A stretch of 64,000 bases of DNA from Escherichia coli (GTDB lineage: Bacteria > Pseudomonadota > Gammaproteobacteria > Enterobacterales > Enterobacteriaceae), in the NCBI RefSeq assembly GCF_965641715.1, contig NZ_OZ282453.1. One strand, 5' to 3'. Position 1 is the first letter of the stretch, and every line of letters starts with the position of its first letter. This document shows, piece after piece, positions 1-16,430 of the stretch. The notes beneath the pieces were generated by a model. The model did no database searches and was not told where the DNA came from. It saw nothing but the letters and a program-made list of their open reading frames with translations. The position numbers and the translations under genes were made by a program.

Positions 1-6
1 TGTGAA

Positions 7-1515
7 TTACTGCTGCGGAATAGCGGGTACGACCGGAACGTTTAATGCCGGCATTGCAAACATACCAACGAAATCTTCCAGTGGCATTTTCTGCCCATTT
101 AACGTTATCTGACCGTTAGCATATTGCAGGCTGGTGGTGATGGTATTGTCCTGCAAGGTGGTCAGACGGAACATCTGCCCCATTGCTGATGCACCTTCAA
201 CTTGCTGTTTCGCCAGTTTTTTCGCTTGATCTTCCTGATAACCTTCCAGCTTCGCTACCTGAGTCATCAACTCAGTTGCCATATCCACCGGAATGGTCAG
301 TTTCGCATCCAGAGATTTAACCGAACGATCTACTTCCTGCGCCAGCGTTTGCGGCGCTTCTTTAGTCGTTGCCGGATCTTTCAGGAACAGCGACAGATTC
401 AGCGCACTTTCACCCTGACTGTTTTTCCAGCTTAGCGGCGCGATAGTAATCACCGGATCGCCTTTCAACATCAGCGGCAGGGCGCTAAAGAAGGCTTCCG
501 TCACTTTCTCCTGATAAAGTTCGGGATTGTTGGCAATTTCTGGCTGTGCCAGCAGCGCCTGAGTTTGCGCGTTATATTGCTGGCTAAACTGATGCCAGGC
601 TTCACCATCAATCTGGCCGACTTTTAAAGTCAGCTTGCCGCTGCCCAGATCCTGATTCTGTACCTTCAGGCTGTTTAGCGAGTAATCCAGTTGGCTATTG
701 ATCGTTTTACCGTCATTGACCAGATCCGATTTACCGCTGATCTCCATGCCTTCCAGCAGTGCCAGTTCTTTGCCTTCCACTGAAATGGTCATTTTTTCCA
801 GTGACAGTTTTTGGTTTCCTACGCGCTCACCAAAACTTGCCAGCGTGCTGGAACCGTCGGTTTTCAGATTATTAAAGGTCAACTGCACTTTCTGGTTGTA
901 TTCGTTAACTGCGTCTATCCGACCACTTTGCGCCTCCCCGGAAAGGGAGATAGCTTTGCCGTCTCTGTCAGCATTTAACTGGAACTCGCCGCCGCTAAAG
1001 GCGACTTTTTCATCCTTTTGCTCGTAATTCAGTGGCTTGAGCGAAATATCGGAACTGGAATCACCGCTGTAACCAATGCGCGAGTTAATCTCAAAAGGCG
1101 TTTCACCTTTTGCCATATCAAACAGTGGTTTGCTTACTTCGTTATTAACCAGCGTGGTTTGAATTGATGCCATCGACGGGATCAGGTTCAGTTTTTTAAG
1201 CTGGGCAAGGGGGAAGGGACCATGATCAACCGATTCGTTGAAGATGACGCTCTGACCGCTTTTAATCCACGGATTTTCTTTCCCGGCAATGGGTTTCACC
1301 AACAGTTGCAGCTGACTGCTGAATACGCCGCGATGATAGTTTTGATAACTCACTTCCAGGTTGGATTCAGGAGCGGTCAGTTTGAGTTGCGCGTTCGCCT
1401 GCGCGACCATCTCTTCGAGATGGGTTTCAATCTTCTTGCCTGTATACCATGCGCCGCCTGTCCAGACTACGCCTAGCGCAACAATGACGCCTACCGCTAC
1501 CAGCGATTTATTCAT
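7..1515 (-). CDS. ydgA: DUF945-family inner-membrane-associated protein YdgA
   Basis: 502-aa ORF with ATG start and N-terminal hydrophobic segment; length and sequence match recalled K-12 YdgA; position next to manA. Confidence 0.88.
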   Translation of the reverse strand: MNKSLVAVGVIVALGVVWTGGAWYTGKKIETHLEEMVAQANAQLKLTAPESNLEVSYQNYHRGVFSSQLQLLVKPIAGKENPWIKSGQSVIFNESVDHGPFPLAQLKKLNLIPSMASIQTTLVNNEVSKPLFDMAKGETPFEINSRIGYSGDSSSDISLKPLNYEQKDEKVAFSGGEFQLNADRDGKAISLSGEAQSGRIDAVNEYNQKVQLTFNNLKTDGSSTLASFGERVGNQKLSLEKMTISVEGKELALLEGMEISGKSDLVNDGKTINSQLDYSLNSLKVQNQDLGSGKLTLKVGQIDGEAWHQFSQQYNAQTQALLAQPEIANNPELYQEKVTEAFFSALPLMLKGDPVITIAPLSWKNSQGESALNLSLFLKDPATTKEAPQTLAQEVDRSVKSLDAKLTIPVDMATELMTQVAKLEGYQEDQAKKLAKQQVEGASAMGQMFRLTTLQDNTITTSLQYANGQITLNGQKMPLEDFVGMFAMPALNVPVVPAIPQQ

Positions 1516-1615
1516 AATGATTATCCATAAAATGAAATCAGGCGGACTGGCCGCCTGAAGGTGTTATAAGCCTTTAATAAGCTTAGCAAGAGATGTTAAT
1601 TTTTTCAGTAAGCTC

Positions 1616-2791
1616 TTACAGCTTGTTGTAAACACGCGCTAAACGGCCGTGGCCTTTGACAGTCACCGGTGATTCGTTGGCGGCAATAAACGCTGATTCA
1701 CCCGGTTTAAGCTGTAACTGCTGAGAACCTTTACACAGCGTTGCATCGCCTTCGACACAGAACAAAATGGCGGCACTCTGCTGGCTAATGGTGGTTTCTT
1801 TATCACTAAGGTCATGCAGCGAGAAGGCAAAATCATCCACAGGAATCGGGAAGTCCAGTTCTGCGCCTTGTTTCACCGGCTGGGTCAACAACTGGTTAGC
1901 CGGTTTGGCTTCGAACTTCACATTGGCAACCAGTTCCGGAATATCAATGTATTTAGGCGTCAGACCCGCACGCAGCACGTTATCGGAGTTTGCCATCACT
2001 TCCAGCGCCACGCCTTGCAGGTAAGCGTGCGGTGTTTCAGCGAACAGGAACATCGCTTCGCCAGGATTCAATTTCACCACATTCAGCAACAGCGGAGAGA
2101 ACAGGCCGCTGTCATCCGGGTAAAATTCAGAAATTAAACGAATCGTTTGCCACGGTTCACCCTGCTGACTGTCGAGCGCCGATTTTAAAATCGCCAGCGC
2201 GCGGGATTTTTCTTCACCCTGCATATTCAACAGGCTGGCGAACAGTTCGCTTAAACGTTCGGCATCAGGCTGTTGTAAAAAGTGAGCAATCGCCGGATGT
2301 GCACCTGCGACCGGCTGGAGTAGGGAGACAATCTCGGAAAATTCACGAAACGCGTTCATCGCAAGGAAAGGCGTCAGCGCAAAAACCAGCTCAGGCTTGT
2401 GGTTAGGATCTTTATAGTTACGCTCGGCGGCATCCATCGGGATACCTGCGGCATTTTCTTTGGCAAAACCGATTTCAGAATTGTGTTTGTTTGGATGAAC
2501 CTGAATGGAGAGCGGCTGTGCTGCGCATAATACTTTGAACAGGAAAGGCAGTTCGCCAAAGCGTTTGGCAACGGCCTCTCCGAGCAGAGTCGATTTATCA
2601 CTCTCAATCACATCACGCAGTGAAACGATATCTCCGGCGGCATTCTGCACTCGTGAACTGCTTTTCGGATGTGCGCCCATCCACAGCTCGGCCATCGGCT
2701 GGCTGGACGGATTTTCCATACCATAAAGTTCAGTCAACGCCGTTTTGCTGCCCCAGGCATAGTTTTGCACTGAGTTAATGAGTTTTTGCAT
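1616..2791 (-). CDS. manA: mannose-6-phosphate isomerase
   Basis: Six-frame ORF 1616..2869 trimmed to internal Met (MQKLINSVQNYAWGSK...) giving 391 aa, the known ManA length and N-terminus. Confidence 0.93.
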   Translation of the reverse strand: MQKLINSVQNYAWGSKTALTELYGMENPSSQPMAELWMGAHPKSSSRVQNAAGDIVSLRDVIESDKSTLLGEAVAKRFGELPFLFKVLCAAQPLSIQVHPNKHNSEIGFAKENAAGIPMDAAERNYKDPNHKPELVFALTPFLAMNAFREFSEIVSLLQPVAGAHPAIAHFLQQPDAERLSELFASLLNMQGEEKSRALAILKSALDSQQGEPWQTIRLISEFYPDDSGLFSPLLLNVVKLNPGEAMFLFAETPHAYLQGVALEVMANSDNVLRAGLTPKYIDIPELVANVKFEAKPANQLLTQPVKQGAELDFPIPVDDFAFSLHDLSDKETTISQQSAAILFCVEGDATLCKGSQQLQLKPGESAFIAANESPVTVKGHGRLARVYNKL

Positions 2792-2989
2792 GATCAATCC
2801 CTGTTTAAATGTGGAAATTAATCCCGCTATTAAAGCAAGAATCCTACGGGAAGTAACCTGGAGCCGCAAAAAGTCGTACTAGTCTCAGTTTTTGTTAAAA
2901 AAGTGTGTAGGATATTGTTACTCGCTTTTAACAGGGCAACGGAACACCCGCCCAGAGCATAACCAAACCAGGCAGTAAGTGAGAGAACA

Positions 2990-4636
2990 ATGTCAAACAA
3001 ACCCTTTCATTATCAGGCTCCTTTCCCACTCAAAAAAGATGATACCGAGTACTACCTGCTGACCAGCGAACATGTCAGCGTATCTGAATTTGAAGGGCAG
3101 GAGATTTTGAAAGTCGCACCCGAAGCGTTAACTCTGTTGGCGCGTCAGGCGTTTCATGATGCGTCGTTTATGCTGCGTCCGGCTCACCAACAACAGGTGG
3201 CCGACATTCTGCGTGACCCGGAGGCCAGCGAAAATGATAAATATGTGGCGCTGCAATTCCTGCGTAACTCCGACATCGCGGCGAAAGGCGTTCTGCCAAC
3301 CTGTCAAGATACCGGCACCGCGATTATTGTTGGTAAAAAAGGGCAGCGTGTATGGACCGGTGGTGGTGATGAAGCGGCGCTGGCGCGCGGTGTCTATAAC
3401 ACTTATATCGAAGATAATCTGCGCTACTCGCAAAACGCGCCGCTGGATATGTATAAAGAAGTGAATACCGGCACCAATCTGCCAGCGCAGATCGATCTTT
3501 ATGCCGTTGATGGCGACGAATACAAATTCCTCTGTATCGCCAAAGGTGGTGGTTCGGCAAACAAGACGTATCTCTATCAGGAAACCAAAGCGTTACTAAC
3601 GCCCGGAAAACTGAAAAATTACCTGGTTGAGAAGATGCGCACGCTGGGTACGGCGGCCTGTCCTCCGTATCATATTGCGTTCGTTATTGGTGGAACATCT
3701 GCAGAAACGAACCTTAAAACGGTGAAACTGGCTTCCGCTAAATACTATGATGAACTGCCAACGGAAGGGAATGAGCACGGTCAGGCGTTCCGCGATGTGG
3801 AACTGGAAAAAGAATTGCTGATCGAAGCGCAAAATCTTGGTCTGGGTGCGCAGTTTGGTGGTAAATACTTCGCTCACGACATCCGCGTGATTCGCCTGCC
3901 ACGTCACGGCGCATCCTGCCCGGTCGGTATGGGCGTCTCCTGCTCTGCTGACCGTAATATCAAAGCGAAGATCAACCGTCAGGGGATCTGGATCGAAAAA
4001 CTGGAACATAATCCAGGCAAATATATCCCGGAAGAGCTGCGCAAAGCGGGAGAAGGCGAAGCGGTGCGCGTTGACCTTAACCGTCCGATGAAAGAGATCC
4101 TCGCACAGTTGTCGCAGTATCCCGTTTCTACACGCTTATCGCTTAACGGCACGATTATCGTTGGTCGTGATATTGCTCACGCCAAACTGAAAGAGCGGAT
4201 GGATAACGGTGAAGGGCTGCCGCAATACATTAAAGATCATCCGATTTACTACGCGGGTCCGGCCAAAACGCCGGAAGGTTATGCCTCCGGTTCTCTTGGC
4301 CCAACGACCGCCGGACGGATGGATTCTTATGTCGATCAACTGCAAGCGCAGGGCGGAAGTATGATCATGCTGGCGAAAGGCAACCGCAGCCAGCAGGTGA
4401 CGGATGCCTGTAAAAAACACGGCGGCTTCTACCTTGGCAGTATCGGTGGTCCGGCCGCTGTATTGGCGCAGGGAAGTATTAAGAGCCTGGAATGTGTTGA
4501 ATATCCGGAACTGGGAATGGAAGCCATCTGGAAAATTGAAGTGGAAGATTTCCCGGCGTTTATTCTTGTGGATGATAAAGGAAATGACTTCTTTCAGCAG
4601 ATACAACTCACACAATGCACCCGCTGTGTGAAATAA
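2990..4636 (+). CDS. fumA: class I (Fe-S) fumarate hydratase
   Basis: 548-aa [27 protein letters not shown]..., matches recalled FumA length and sequence. Confidence 0.95.
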   Translation: MSNKPFHYQAPFPLKKDDTEYYLLTSEHVSVSEFEGQEILKVAPEALTLLARQAFHDASFMLRPAHQQQVADILRDPEASENDKYVALQFLRNSDIAAKGVLPTCQDTGTAIIVGKKGQRVWTGGGDEAALARGVYNTYIEDNLRYSQNAPLDMYKEVNTGTNLPAQIDLYAVDGDEYKFLCIAKGGGSANKTYLYQETKALLTPGKLKNYLVEKMRTLGTAACPPYHIAFVIGGTSAETNLKTVKLASAKYYDELPTEGNEHGQAFRDVELEKELLIEAQNLGLGAQFGGKYFAHDIRVIRLPRHGASCPVGMGVSCSADRNIKAKINRQGIWIEKLEHNPGKYIPEELRKAGEGEAVRVDLNRPMKEILAQLSQYPVSTRLSLNGTIIVGRDIAHAKLKERMDNGEGLPQYIKDHPIYYAGPAKTPEGYASGSLGPTTAGRMDSYVDQLQAQGGSMIMLAKGNRSQQVTDACKKHGGFYLGSIGGPAAVLAQGSIKSLECVEYPELGMEAIWKIEVEDFPAFILVDDKGNDFFQQIQLTQCTRCVK

Positions 4637-4640
4637 ACAG

Positions 4641-4667
4641 AGCCGCCCTTCGGGGCGGTTTTTTTAC
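4641..4667 (+). terminator. Rho-independent terminator after fumA
   Basis: GC stem gccgccc/gggcggt around a ttcg loop followed by a T-run, immediately after the fumA stop. Confidence 0.6.
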
Positions 4668-4778
4668 ATGGCACGAAAGACCAAATATTTGTTATCAAAT
4701 GGTAAATAATGAGTGAGCTAAAAGTTGCTTAACGAAAGCAAAACAGAAAGAAAAAATTAATCAGGTGAGGAGCAGGCC

Positions 4779-7142
<2,364 letters not shown>

Positions 7143-7183
7143 TATAGCACAGTGGTGGTGACTTGACCACCGTGCGCGTAGTG

Positions 7184-8485
7184 TCAAGCAGAGGTAAATT
7201 GCGGGATGTTATGCCATAACGGCCAGCTAAACGAGAAGCGGGCACCACCCAGTTCGCTGGTGTCACAATTAACCGTACCGCCCATTGCCAGTGCTATAGA
7301 GTGGACAATTGCCAGCCCCAGCCCGCAGCCGCCGGTTGAGCGATCCCGGCTGGGATCGAGGCGAACAAAAGGTTCAAAGATATGTTCGCGGTTTTCTGGG
7401 GCAATCCCTGGGCCATCATCCTCAACAATTAATGTCGCTCTATTCCCCGACAGTAGCAGGCTGGTTTCAACCGTTGAATGACAGTAGCGCAGGGCGTTAT
7501 TGAGCAAATTATCCAGCACGCGCTCCATTAAGCGCATATCCAACGCCGCATAATGGCCTTGCATGAGCGTTTTTATCCGTACCGTTTTATCGGGCGTTAC
7601 TGCCTGAATATCTGCCAGATGCGTTGACAGCCACAACGGCAGGTCTGGTTCGCTAAGATGAAGCTCGTTTTGTGGGCGATCGAGTCGGGCATAAGTCAGC
7701 AGCTCTTCAATTAAAGCTTCAAGTTGACTGATATCACGATTCAACGCCTGGGATTCGGCGGCGCTCAGGTTATCGCTCATCTCCAGTCGATAACGCAGGC
7801 GTACTAACGGTGTTCGCAGTTCGTGAGCGATACCGTCAATAAGCTGTTTTTTGCTGGCAATCAAGGCGTTGATATTGTCCGCCATCTGGTTAAATGCGAT
7901 ACCAAGTCGTTCAAAGCTCGAACCCTCATCAAAGTGGATACGTTCATTGAGATGCCCATCGCCAAATCGTTGCGCCGCTGCTTCCAGTTTTAACATATCC
8001 TGCCAGTGCGGACGCATCCAGATAAACACCGGAAAGGCGAGGGAAATAGCAATAAAAGCGATCAGGGCGATATCCAGCAATCGCATCTGATGGAGGTAAT
8101 AAAGATAAGGAACAGGACCAACTGCCAGCACGTAGTGGCTGCGCGGGATACGCTGCAAAAACGTGTACTGATCGTCCAGGGCGACAATTTCGCCGCCACG
8201 CAGTCGGTGCATGGAAATATCATCAAGATGGTATTTACTCAGTGGCTCGACACGCAGATCGAAAGAGAGATTTAAATCCATCTCTTTTAGCGTCTTACCC
8301 CAGTCGTGTGGGGGGATCTCACGCAATTCGCTGCGCATCAGATACAGCGAACTGTTCATCAAATCATCCAGCGACTGTTTGCCCGCGCGTTCGGCGGTAA
8401 ATTTGTACACCAGCCCAACCAGCAGAGACATCACAAGGAAGCAGACAAACAATAACAGGTAAAACTGGATAAACAGTTTTTTCAT
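7184..8485 (-). CDS. rstB: two-component sensor histidine kinase RstB
   Basis: 433-aa ORF with N-terminal transmembrane segments, H-box (IAHELRTPL) and ATPase motifs; adjacent to rstA. Confidence 0.92.
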   Translation of the reverse strand: MKKLFIQFYLLLFVCFLVMSLLVGLVYKFTAERAGKQSLDDLMNSSLYLMRSELREIPPHDWGKTLKEMDLNLSFDLRVEPLSKYHLDDISMHRLRGGEIVALDDQYTFLQRIPRSHYVLAVGPVPYLYYLHQMRLLDIALIAFIAISLAFPVFIWMRPHWQDMLKLEAAAQRFGDGHLNERIHFDEGSSFERLGIAFNQMADNINALIASKKQLIDGIAHELRTPLVRLRYRLEMSDNLSAAESQALNRDISQLEALIEELLTYARLDRPQNELHLSEPDLPLWLSTHLADIQAVTPDKTVRIKTLMQGHYAALDMRLMERVLDNLLNNALRYCHSTVETSLLLSGNRATLIVEDDGPGIAPENREHIFEPFVRLDPSRDRSTGGCGLGLAIVHSIALAMGGTVNCDTSELGGARFSFSWPLWHNIPQFTSA

Positions 8486-8488
8486 CGC

Positions 8489-9208
8489 TTATTCCCATGC
8501 ATGAGGCGCAAAAAGATAGCCTTTGTTACGCACAGTTTTAATGCGATAAGGTTCTGCGGCGTTATCGAGCAGTTTTTTTCTTAACCGCGAAATAGCCACG
8601 TCCACGCTACGATCCAGTCCGTCATAACTGACGCCGCGTAAATTTTTCAGCAATGCATCGCGGTCCATGATTTGCCCGGCATGGGTAGCTAATTCCCACA
8701 ATAATTCGAAATCAGCTGTCGAGAGCGAGATTTCAGTGTTAGCCAGGGTGACTACGCGGTTGATAGGATCGATGGTCAACGTGCCGAAATGCAGGGCTTT
8801 GTAGGGAGTCAGAGACGTTTCCTGAAGACCTTTGGTCAGTGTGGCTTGCTCATTCTGACGCAAATGCAAACGTAAACGCGCTAGCAAAACAGCAGGGGGC
8901 GTCGTTTTGAGAATATAGTCGCAGGCACCCATTTCCAGTGCCAGGATGTGGTTCATATCGCTATCGAGAGAGGTTAGAAGAACAATCGGTCCAGACCACT
9001 TTGCGCGTAAATCACGACAAATGGTCATGCCGTCCTTGCCTGGTAGCATGATGTCGAGTAACACCAAATCCGGATTTTCTCGCAAAATGGTTTCTTCAGC
9101 CTGGTCGCCGCGCGGCTCTACGGTAACCTGCATATCATGTTTTGCCAGGTACGCGGCAATCAGTGAACCGACTTCCGCATCATCTTCCACAAATACGATA
9201 GTGTTCAT
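8489..9208 (-). CDS. rstA: two-component response regulator RstA (OmpR family)
   Basis: ORF 8489..9268 trimmed to MNTIVFVEDDAEVG... (239 aa); receiver domain plus winged-helix C-terminus. Confidence 0.9.
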   Translation of the reverse strand: MNTIVFVEDDAEVGSLIAAYLAKHDMQVTVEPRGDQAEETILRENPDLVLLDIMLPGKDGMTICRDLRAKWSGPIVLLTSLDSDMNHILALEMGACDYILKTTPPAVLLARLRLHLRQNEQATLTKGLQETSLTPYKALHFGTLTIDPINRVVTLANTEISLSTADFELLWELATHAGQIMDRDALLKNLRGVSYDGLDRSVDVAISRLRKKLLDNAAEPYRIKTVRNKGYLFAPHAWE

Positions 9209-9336
9209 AACATTCACGGTAGATATAAAAACGTCACAATACACCGCGCTGTTTTTACTTACTATCAATCGTTTCTAAACAAGTTTTCATCAGGTATTCT
9301 ACTGATGACTTGTTATGGAAGTGTTAAGGTAAAAAG

Positions 9337-9672
9337 ATGGGGCTGGTAATCAAAGCCGCGCTCGGTGCGCTGGTAGTGCTGTTGATTGGTGTTTTAGCAA
9401 AAACGAAAAATTATTATATCGCCGGGCTGATCCCACTTTTCCCGACCTTTGCGCTCATCGCGCATTATATTGTTGCCAGCGAACGCGGCATTGAAGCCTT
9501 ACGCGCAACCATCATTTTTAGTATGTGGTCGATTATTCCCTATTTTGTTTACCTGGTGTCGCTGTGGTATTTCACCGGAATGATGCGCTTGCCCGCCGCT
9601 TTTGTTGGTTCTGTTGCGTGTTGGGGGATAAGCGCATGGGTGTTGATTATATGCTGGATAAAGCTGCATTAA
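9337..9672 (+). CDS. ydgC: GlpM-family inner membrane protein YdgC
   Basis: 111-aa hydrophobic ORF at the K-12 ydgC position between rstA and folM. Confidence 0.85.
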   Translation: MGLVIKAALGALVVLLIGVLAKTKNYYIAGLIPLFPTFALIAHYIVASERGIEALRATIIFSMWSIIPYFVYLVSLWYFTGMMRLPAAFVGSVACWGISAWVLIICWIKLH

Positions 9673-10391
9673 CGCAGATGACGACCGCCATCAAGTGGGA
9701 AACTGCGTCCGGTGACAAAGCAACTGGTAAGTAAGTAATCGACCAGGTCGATCACTTCTTTCTCGCCAGGCGCGGTTTTCATCAGTGATTTATTCAGCGC
9801 CTGTTGTCGATATTCGGCATCATCATGTTCATTAAACAGGATCAGCGATGGCGCAATAGAATTCACTTTCACTTCCGGTGCCAGCTTGCGGGCAAACGAG
9901 CGGGTCATATTATCCAGTGCCGCTTTGCTTGCAGCATACGCAATATGTTTGTCGCTACCGCGCTCCACCACATAATCGGTAAAGTGAATGATATCGCTGG
10001 CGGCGTGTCCGTGCCCACGCAGTAATCTTTCCAGCGCATGGTTGAGCAGGTATGGGGTATTAACGTGGATCTGCATCATGCAAGCCAGTACGTCGGCCAG
10101 TGGCGCACCCGGTTTTTCCGCCATCCACGCACTGGCGTTATGCAAAATAGCACGCAGACCATGGGTGCTTTTTAGTACTTCATCGGCAAACGCCATCACA
10201 CCGTCGTTGGTCGAAAAATCAGCCTGAATACACTGCGCACCTGCATTAATCAGTCCATCAATGGCTGGATAGTGTGTCCGATAGCTGACAATCACCGGTT
10301 GCTTTTGATTAATGAAATGCCATGCGAGGGCGAGGCCGATGCGACGACCTCCGCCAGTAATTAATATTGGCAAGGGCTGGGTTTTACCCAT
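9669..10391 (-). CDS. folM: dihydromonapterin reductase / dihydrofolate reductase FolM (SDR family)
   Basis: 240-aa ORF with SDR Rossmann motif ITGGGRRIGLA and catalytic YAASKAAL. Confidence 0.9.
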   Translation of the reverse strand: MGKTQPLPILITGGGRRIGLALAWHFINQKQPVIVSYRTHYPAIDGLINAGAQCIQADFSTNDGVMAFADEVLKSTHGLRAILHNASAWMAEKPGAPLADVLACMMQIHVNTPYLLNHALERLLRGHGHAASDIIHFTDYVVERGSDKHIAYAASKAALDNMTRSFARKLAPEVKVNSIAPSLILFNEHDDAEYRQQALNKSLMKTAPGEKEVIDLVDYLLTSCFVTGRSFPLDGGRHLR

Positions 10392-10427
10392 CGTTATCTC
10401 CTTTGCTATCCAACGATGGGATGAACG

Positions 10428-11810
10428 TTATCCCACCAGCATCCAGGTCGCCGGAACTGAGGCAATTAACAGCATGCCAATCAGCACCATTTCCTGACGG
10501 TTCAGTACATTATCATGTGTATGCGTTTTGCGCGCATACAGGAAAACCAGCAGCCCCGGTGCATACAGAACAACGGATAACAGCAAGTGCATTGGACCAG
10601 AGGCGTACAATAACCATAAGCCATAAATGCAGGCACCGACACCTACCGCTTTATGCAGTGGACGGGTTGCGATTTTCAGCAAGAACGCGCCGACCAGGAA
10701 ATAGGGCACCAGAATCATTTCTGAGGCGATGGTCAGCAACGTGTTGTAATCGGAACCGGTCAGCCAGATGAGTACCAGACAAATTTGCACGCAGATGTTG
10801 GTCAGCCACAGTGAAGCGGATGGCGCAGCTTGGGCGTTCTGGCGCGCAAAAATGCGCGGGAATGCTTTATGAGTGGCGGCCAGGAACGGAACTTCTGCCG
10901 CCATGATGGTCCAGCTTAAGTACGCGCCGCAAACGGAAACGATCAAACCGGCAGCGATGATGATTTCGCCCCACGGTCCCATCATTTCCACCATCAGTCC
11001 GGCCATTGACGGGTTACGAATTTCAGCCAGTTCAGGACGTGCCACCACGCCCAGCGAAAGCAGCGTTACCAGCAAATAAACGCCCAGAGCGGAGAGAACC
11101 GCCAGCAGTGTCGCTTTGCCAACATCACGTTTATTACGCGCACGCGCAGAAACAACCACGGCACCTTCCACACCAATGAAAACCCACAGGGTGATCAGCA
11201 TGGTGTTTTTCACCTGTTCCCACACGGGTACGCCAAGTGCAAGTCCGGTGAAGTCGAGCTTGAAGGTATCCAGTTTGAACATCATCATCGCCAGCACAAC
11301 AAACAGACCCAGCGGCAACAATTTTGCCAGTGTCGCCACCAGGTTAATGCTGGCAGCGGTTTGCACTCCGCGCAGGATCAAAAAGTGAACAATCCACAAT
11401 AAAGCCGATGCACCGACGATCGATTGCCAGGTATTACCATCGCCAAACAGGCGCAATTCCGGCGTGTCCGTAAAAAAGCTTAACGCGGAAAAAACGATCA
11501 CCAGATAGGAGACGTTGGCGATGACTGCACACAGCCAGTATCCCCATGCGGAACAAAAGCCGATTAGCTCGCCAAACCCTTCGCGGGCATAGGTAAAGAT
11601 ACCGCCGTCAAGTTCGGGACGAATGCGCGTGAGGATCAGCATGGCAAAGGCCAGCAATAAAATGCCAGCGCCAGTAATACCCCAGCCGATGAGCAGTGCT
11701 GCCGGGCTGGCAACTGCCGCCATATTTTGCGGCAGACTGAAAACACCCGCGCCCAGCATTGAGCTTAATACCAGCGCGGTGAGTGCGCTCAGTCCCAGTT
11801 TCTTTTCCAT
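10428..11810 (-). CDS. ydgI: APC-family amino-acid antiporter (arginine/ornithine antiporter-like) YdgI
   Basis: 460-aa polytopic membrane ORF at the K-12 ydgI position. Confidence 0.87.
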   Translation of the reverse strand: MEKKLGLSALTALVLSSMLGAGVFSLPQNMAAVASPAALLIGWGITGAGILLLAFAMLILTRIRPELDGGIFTYAREGFGELIGFCSAWGYWLCAVIANVSYLVIVFSALSFFTDTPELRLFGDGNTWQSIVGASALLWIVHFLILRGVQTAASINLVATLAKLLPLGLFVVLAMMMFKLDTFKLDFTGLALGVPVWEQVKNTMLITLWVFIGVEGAVVVSARARNKRDVGKATLLAVLSALGVYLLVTLLSLGVVARPELAEIRNPSMAGLMVEMMGPWGEIIIAAGLIVSVCGAYLSWTIMAAEVPFLAATHKAFPRIFARQNAQAAPSASLWLTNICVQICLVLIWLTGSDYNTLLTIASEMILVPYFLVGAFLLKIATRPLHKAVGVGACIYGLWLLYASGPMHLLLSVVLYAPGLLVFLYARKTHTHDNVLNRQEMVLIGMLLIASVPATWMLVG

Positions 11811-11995
11811 CGATATCCAGTGATTAAAACGTGATAAGAAGAATAAATATTAGGGCAAAACGCATAAAAATGGAGTTTGCCACTGAAGCGCGGGATTTTA
11901 CGAAGAGATGTGTCTGCATGCAATGGTCGCGGGGAAATTTGTGACTAAAAATGCGAAAGGCGGCATCAAGCCGCCTTATAGGAGTAACTGAATAG

Positions 11996-12940
11996 TTATT
12001 TATACAGATCTGCGCTGACGGTCAGGTTATTACCACGTTCCTGCCACTGGCGGGTGATGTGGTAATATTTAGCACCTTTCTTCGCGGCACGTTTCGCAAC
12101 CTGATAGGAGACTTCGGTCATGTTGCCGTAGTTGCCAGAGAATTTGATGCTGTCGAACGGGACCATCATCGCTGCTGTCGCTTTGTTCAGTTCTTCGACT
12201 TTAGTGCCGTCCGGGAGCGTGACGGTGTAACGCCCGCCTTTTGATGACTGGGTTTCAAAGAAGCGACCGACTTCAGAACTTGGTGATGCGGTAGTCGCAA
12301 CACCCGGGATCTCAACTTTCTTCGCGGCTTCGCCACCGGCAGCCAGAGCTGCACGTCCTGCTTCGGAATCTGCCGGGATCACATCCGGGCTCTGGACGAT
12401 ACGTTTCTTAGCATCTTTTTTATAGATGAATGCAGTAATACGCTGGTTGCCGCCCTGGTTGGCATCGATTTGACGAACAATGTAGAAAGAGTAGGCACCT
12501 TTCGCTTTTGCCGCTTTGGTGATGGCATCATTGACTTCTGGCTGGCTACGATAGAAGCCCTGGACGGTGACCGTGTCAAACGGTTCAATCAGAACAGCCT
12601 GATCTTTCGGCAGTTCGACAACACCGTTAATTACGCGATTACTTGTTTCTTCTGCTTTTTCAGCATCGGCTTTATAGAGGTCAGCGACCACACGCCAGTT
12701 ACCGCTGTTACCAAAATCAGAAGTGTCGACAACATAAAAAGAGGCGGCACCTTCTTTATCTGCGCGACGAGAAACGGCTTTCACCGCTTCGCCAATAGCA
12801 TTAAAACGACCGGTAACCACTACACGGTCAAAAGGTTTAACCGCTGCCGCTTGCTCCGGTGTCAGTTCTGTTGCTGCGTTAACGGAGAATGCCGTAGCAG
12901 AAAGCAGTGCCGACGCCAGGAGGGTGTTCTTAAGCTTCAT
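11996..12940 (-). CDS. ydgH: periplasmic DUF1471-repeat protein YdgH
   Basis: 314-aa ORF with signal peptide and three internally repeated segments (YSFY/AKYYHITR-type). Confidence 0.87.
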   Translation of the reverse strand: MKLKNTLLASALLSATAFSVNAATELTPEQAAAVKPFDRVVVTGRFNAIGEAVKAVSRRADKEGAASFYVVDTSDFGNSGNWRVVADLYKADAEKAEETSNRVINGVVELPKDQAVLIEPFDTVTVQGFYRSQPEVNDAITKAAKAKGAYSFYIVRQIDANQGGNQRITAFIYKKDAKKRIVQSPDVIPADSEAGRAALAAGGEAAKKVEIPGVATTASPSSEVGRFFETQSSKGGRYTVTLPDGTKVEELNKATAAMMVPFDSIKFSGNYGNMTEVSYQVAKRAAKKGAKYYHITRQWQERGNNLTVSADLYK

Positions 12941-13400
12941 AAAAATAATCCTTCGCCTTGCGCAAACCAGGTACTGGTATTGTTATTAACGAGAAACGTG
13001 GCTGATTATTGCATTTAAACGGTGTAACTGTCTGCGTCATTTTTCATATCACATTCCTTAAGCCAATTTTAATCCTGCTCAAATGACCGTCTATGCTTAA
13101 AAAACAGCCGTATCAGCATCATTACTACTGAAGCAACTGAATTGTATAAGTTAATTTAATGTTAAGTAGTGATTCGTGCCGGGGCGATGTCTCGTTTTAC
13201 CTGACCGTCGAAGACAATTATCAGTCTTTATCCAGCGTTCTAAGGTGTTTATCCCACTATCACGGCTGAATCGTTAATATTTTGCGAGTTCACGCCGAAA
13301 TACTGATTTTTGGCGCTAGATCACAGGCATAATTTTCAGTACGTTATAGGGCGTTTGTTACTAATTTATTTTAACGGAGTAACATTTAGCTCGTACATGA

Positions 13401-14996
<1,596 letters not shown>

Positions 14997-15003
14997 GGGG
15001 TAA

Positions 15004-16395
<1,392 letters not shown>

Positions 16396-16399
16396 CCCT

Positions 16400-16430
16400 G
16401 ACGGCCTCTGCGGAGGCCGTCACTCTTTAT
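16400..16430. terminator. bidirectional hairpin terminator between convergent pntB and tqsA
   Basis: Perfect inverted repeat gacggcctc-tgcg-gaggccgtc followed by T-rich tract, between the two stop codons. Confidence 0.55.

Noticed and set aside
3128-4615. Several 100-160-aa ORFs antisense to or out of frame within fumA (3128..3433, 3596..4009, 4136..4615)
   Set aside because: Fully contained in a conserved housekeeping gene; typical GC-rich shadow ORFs.
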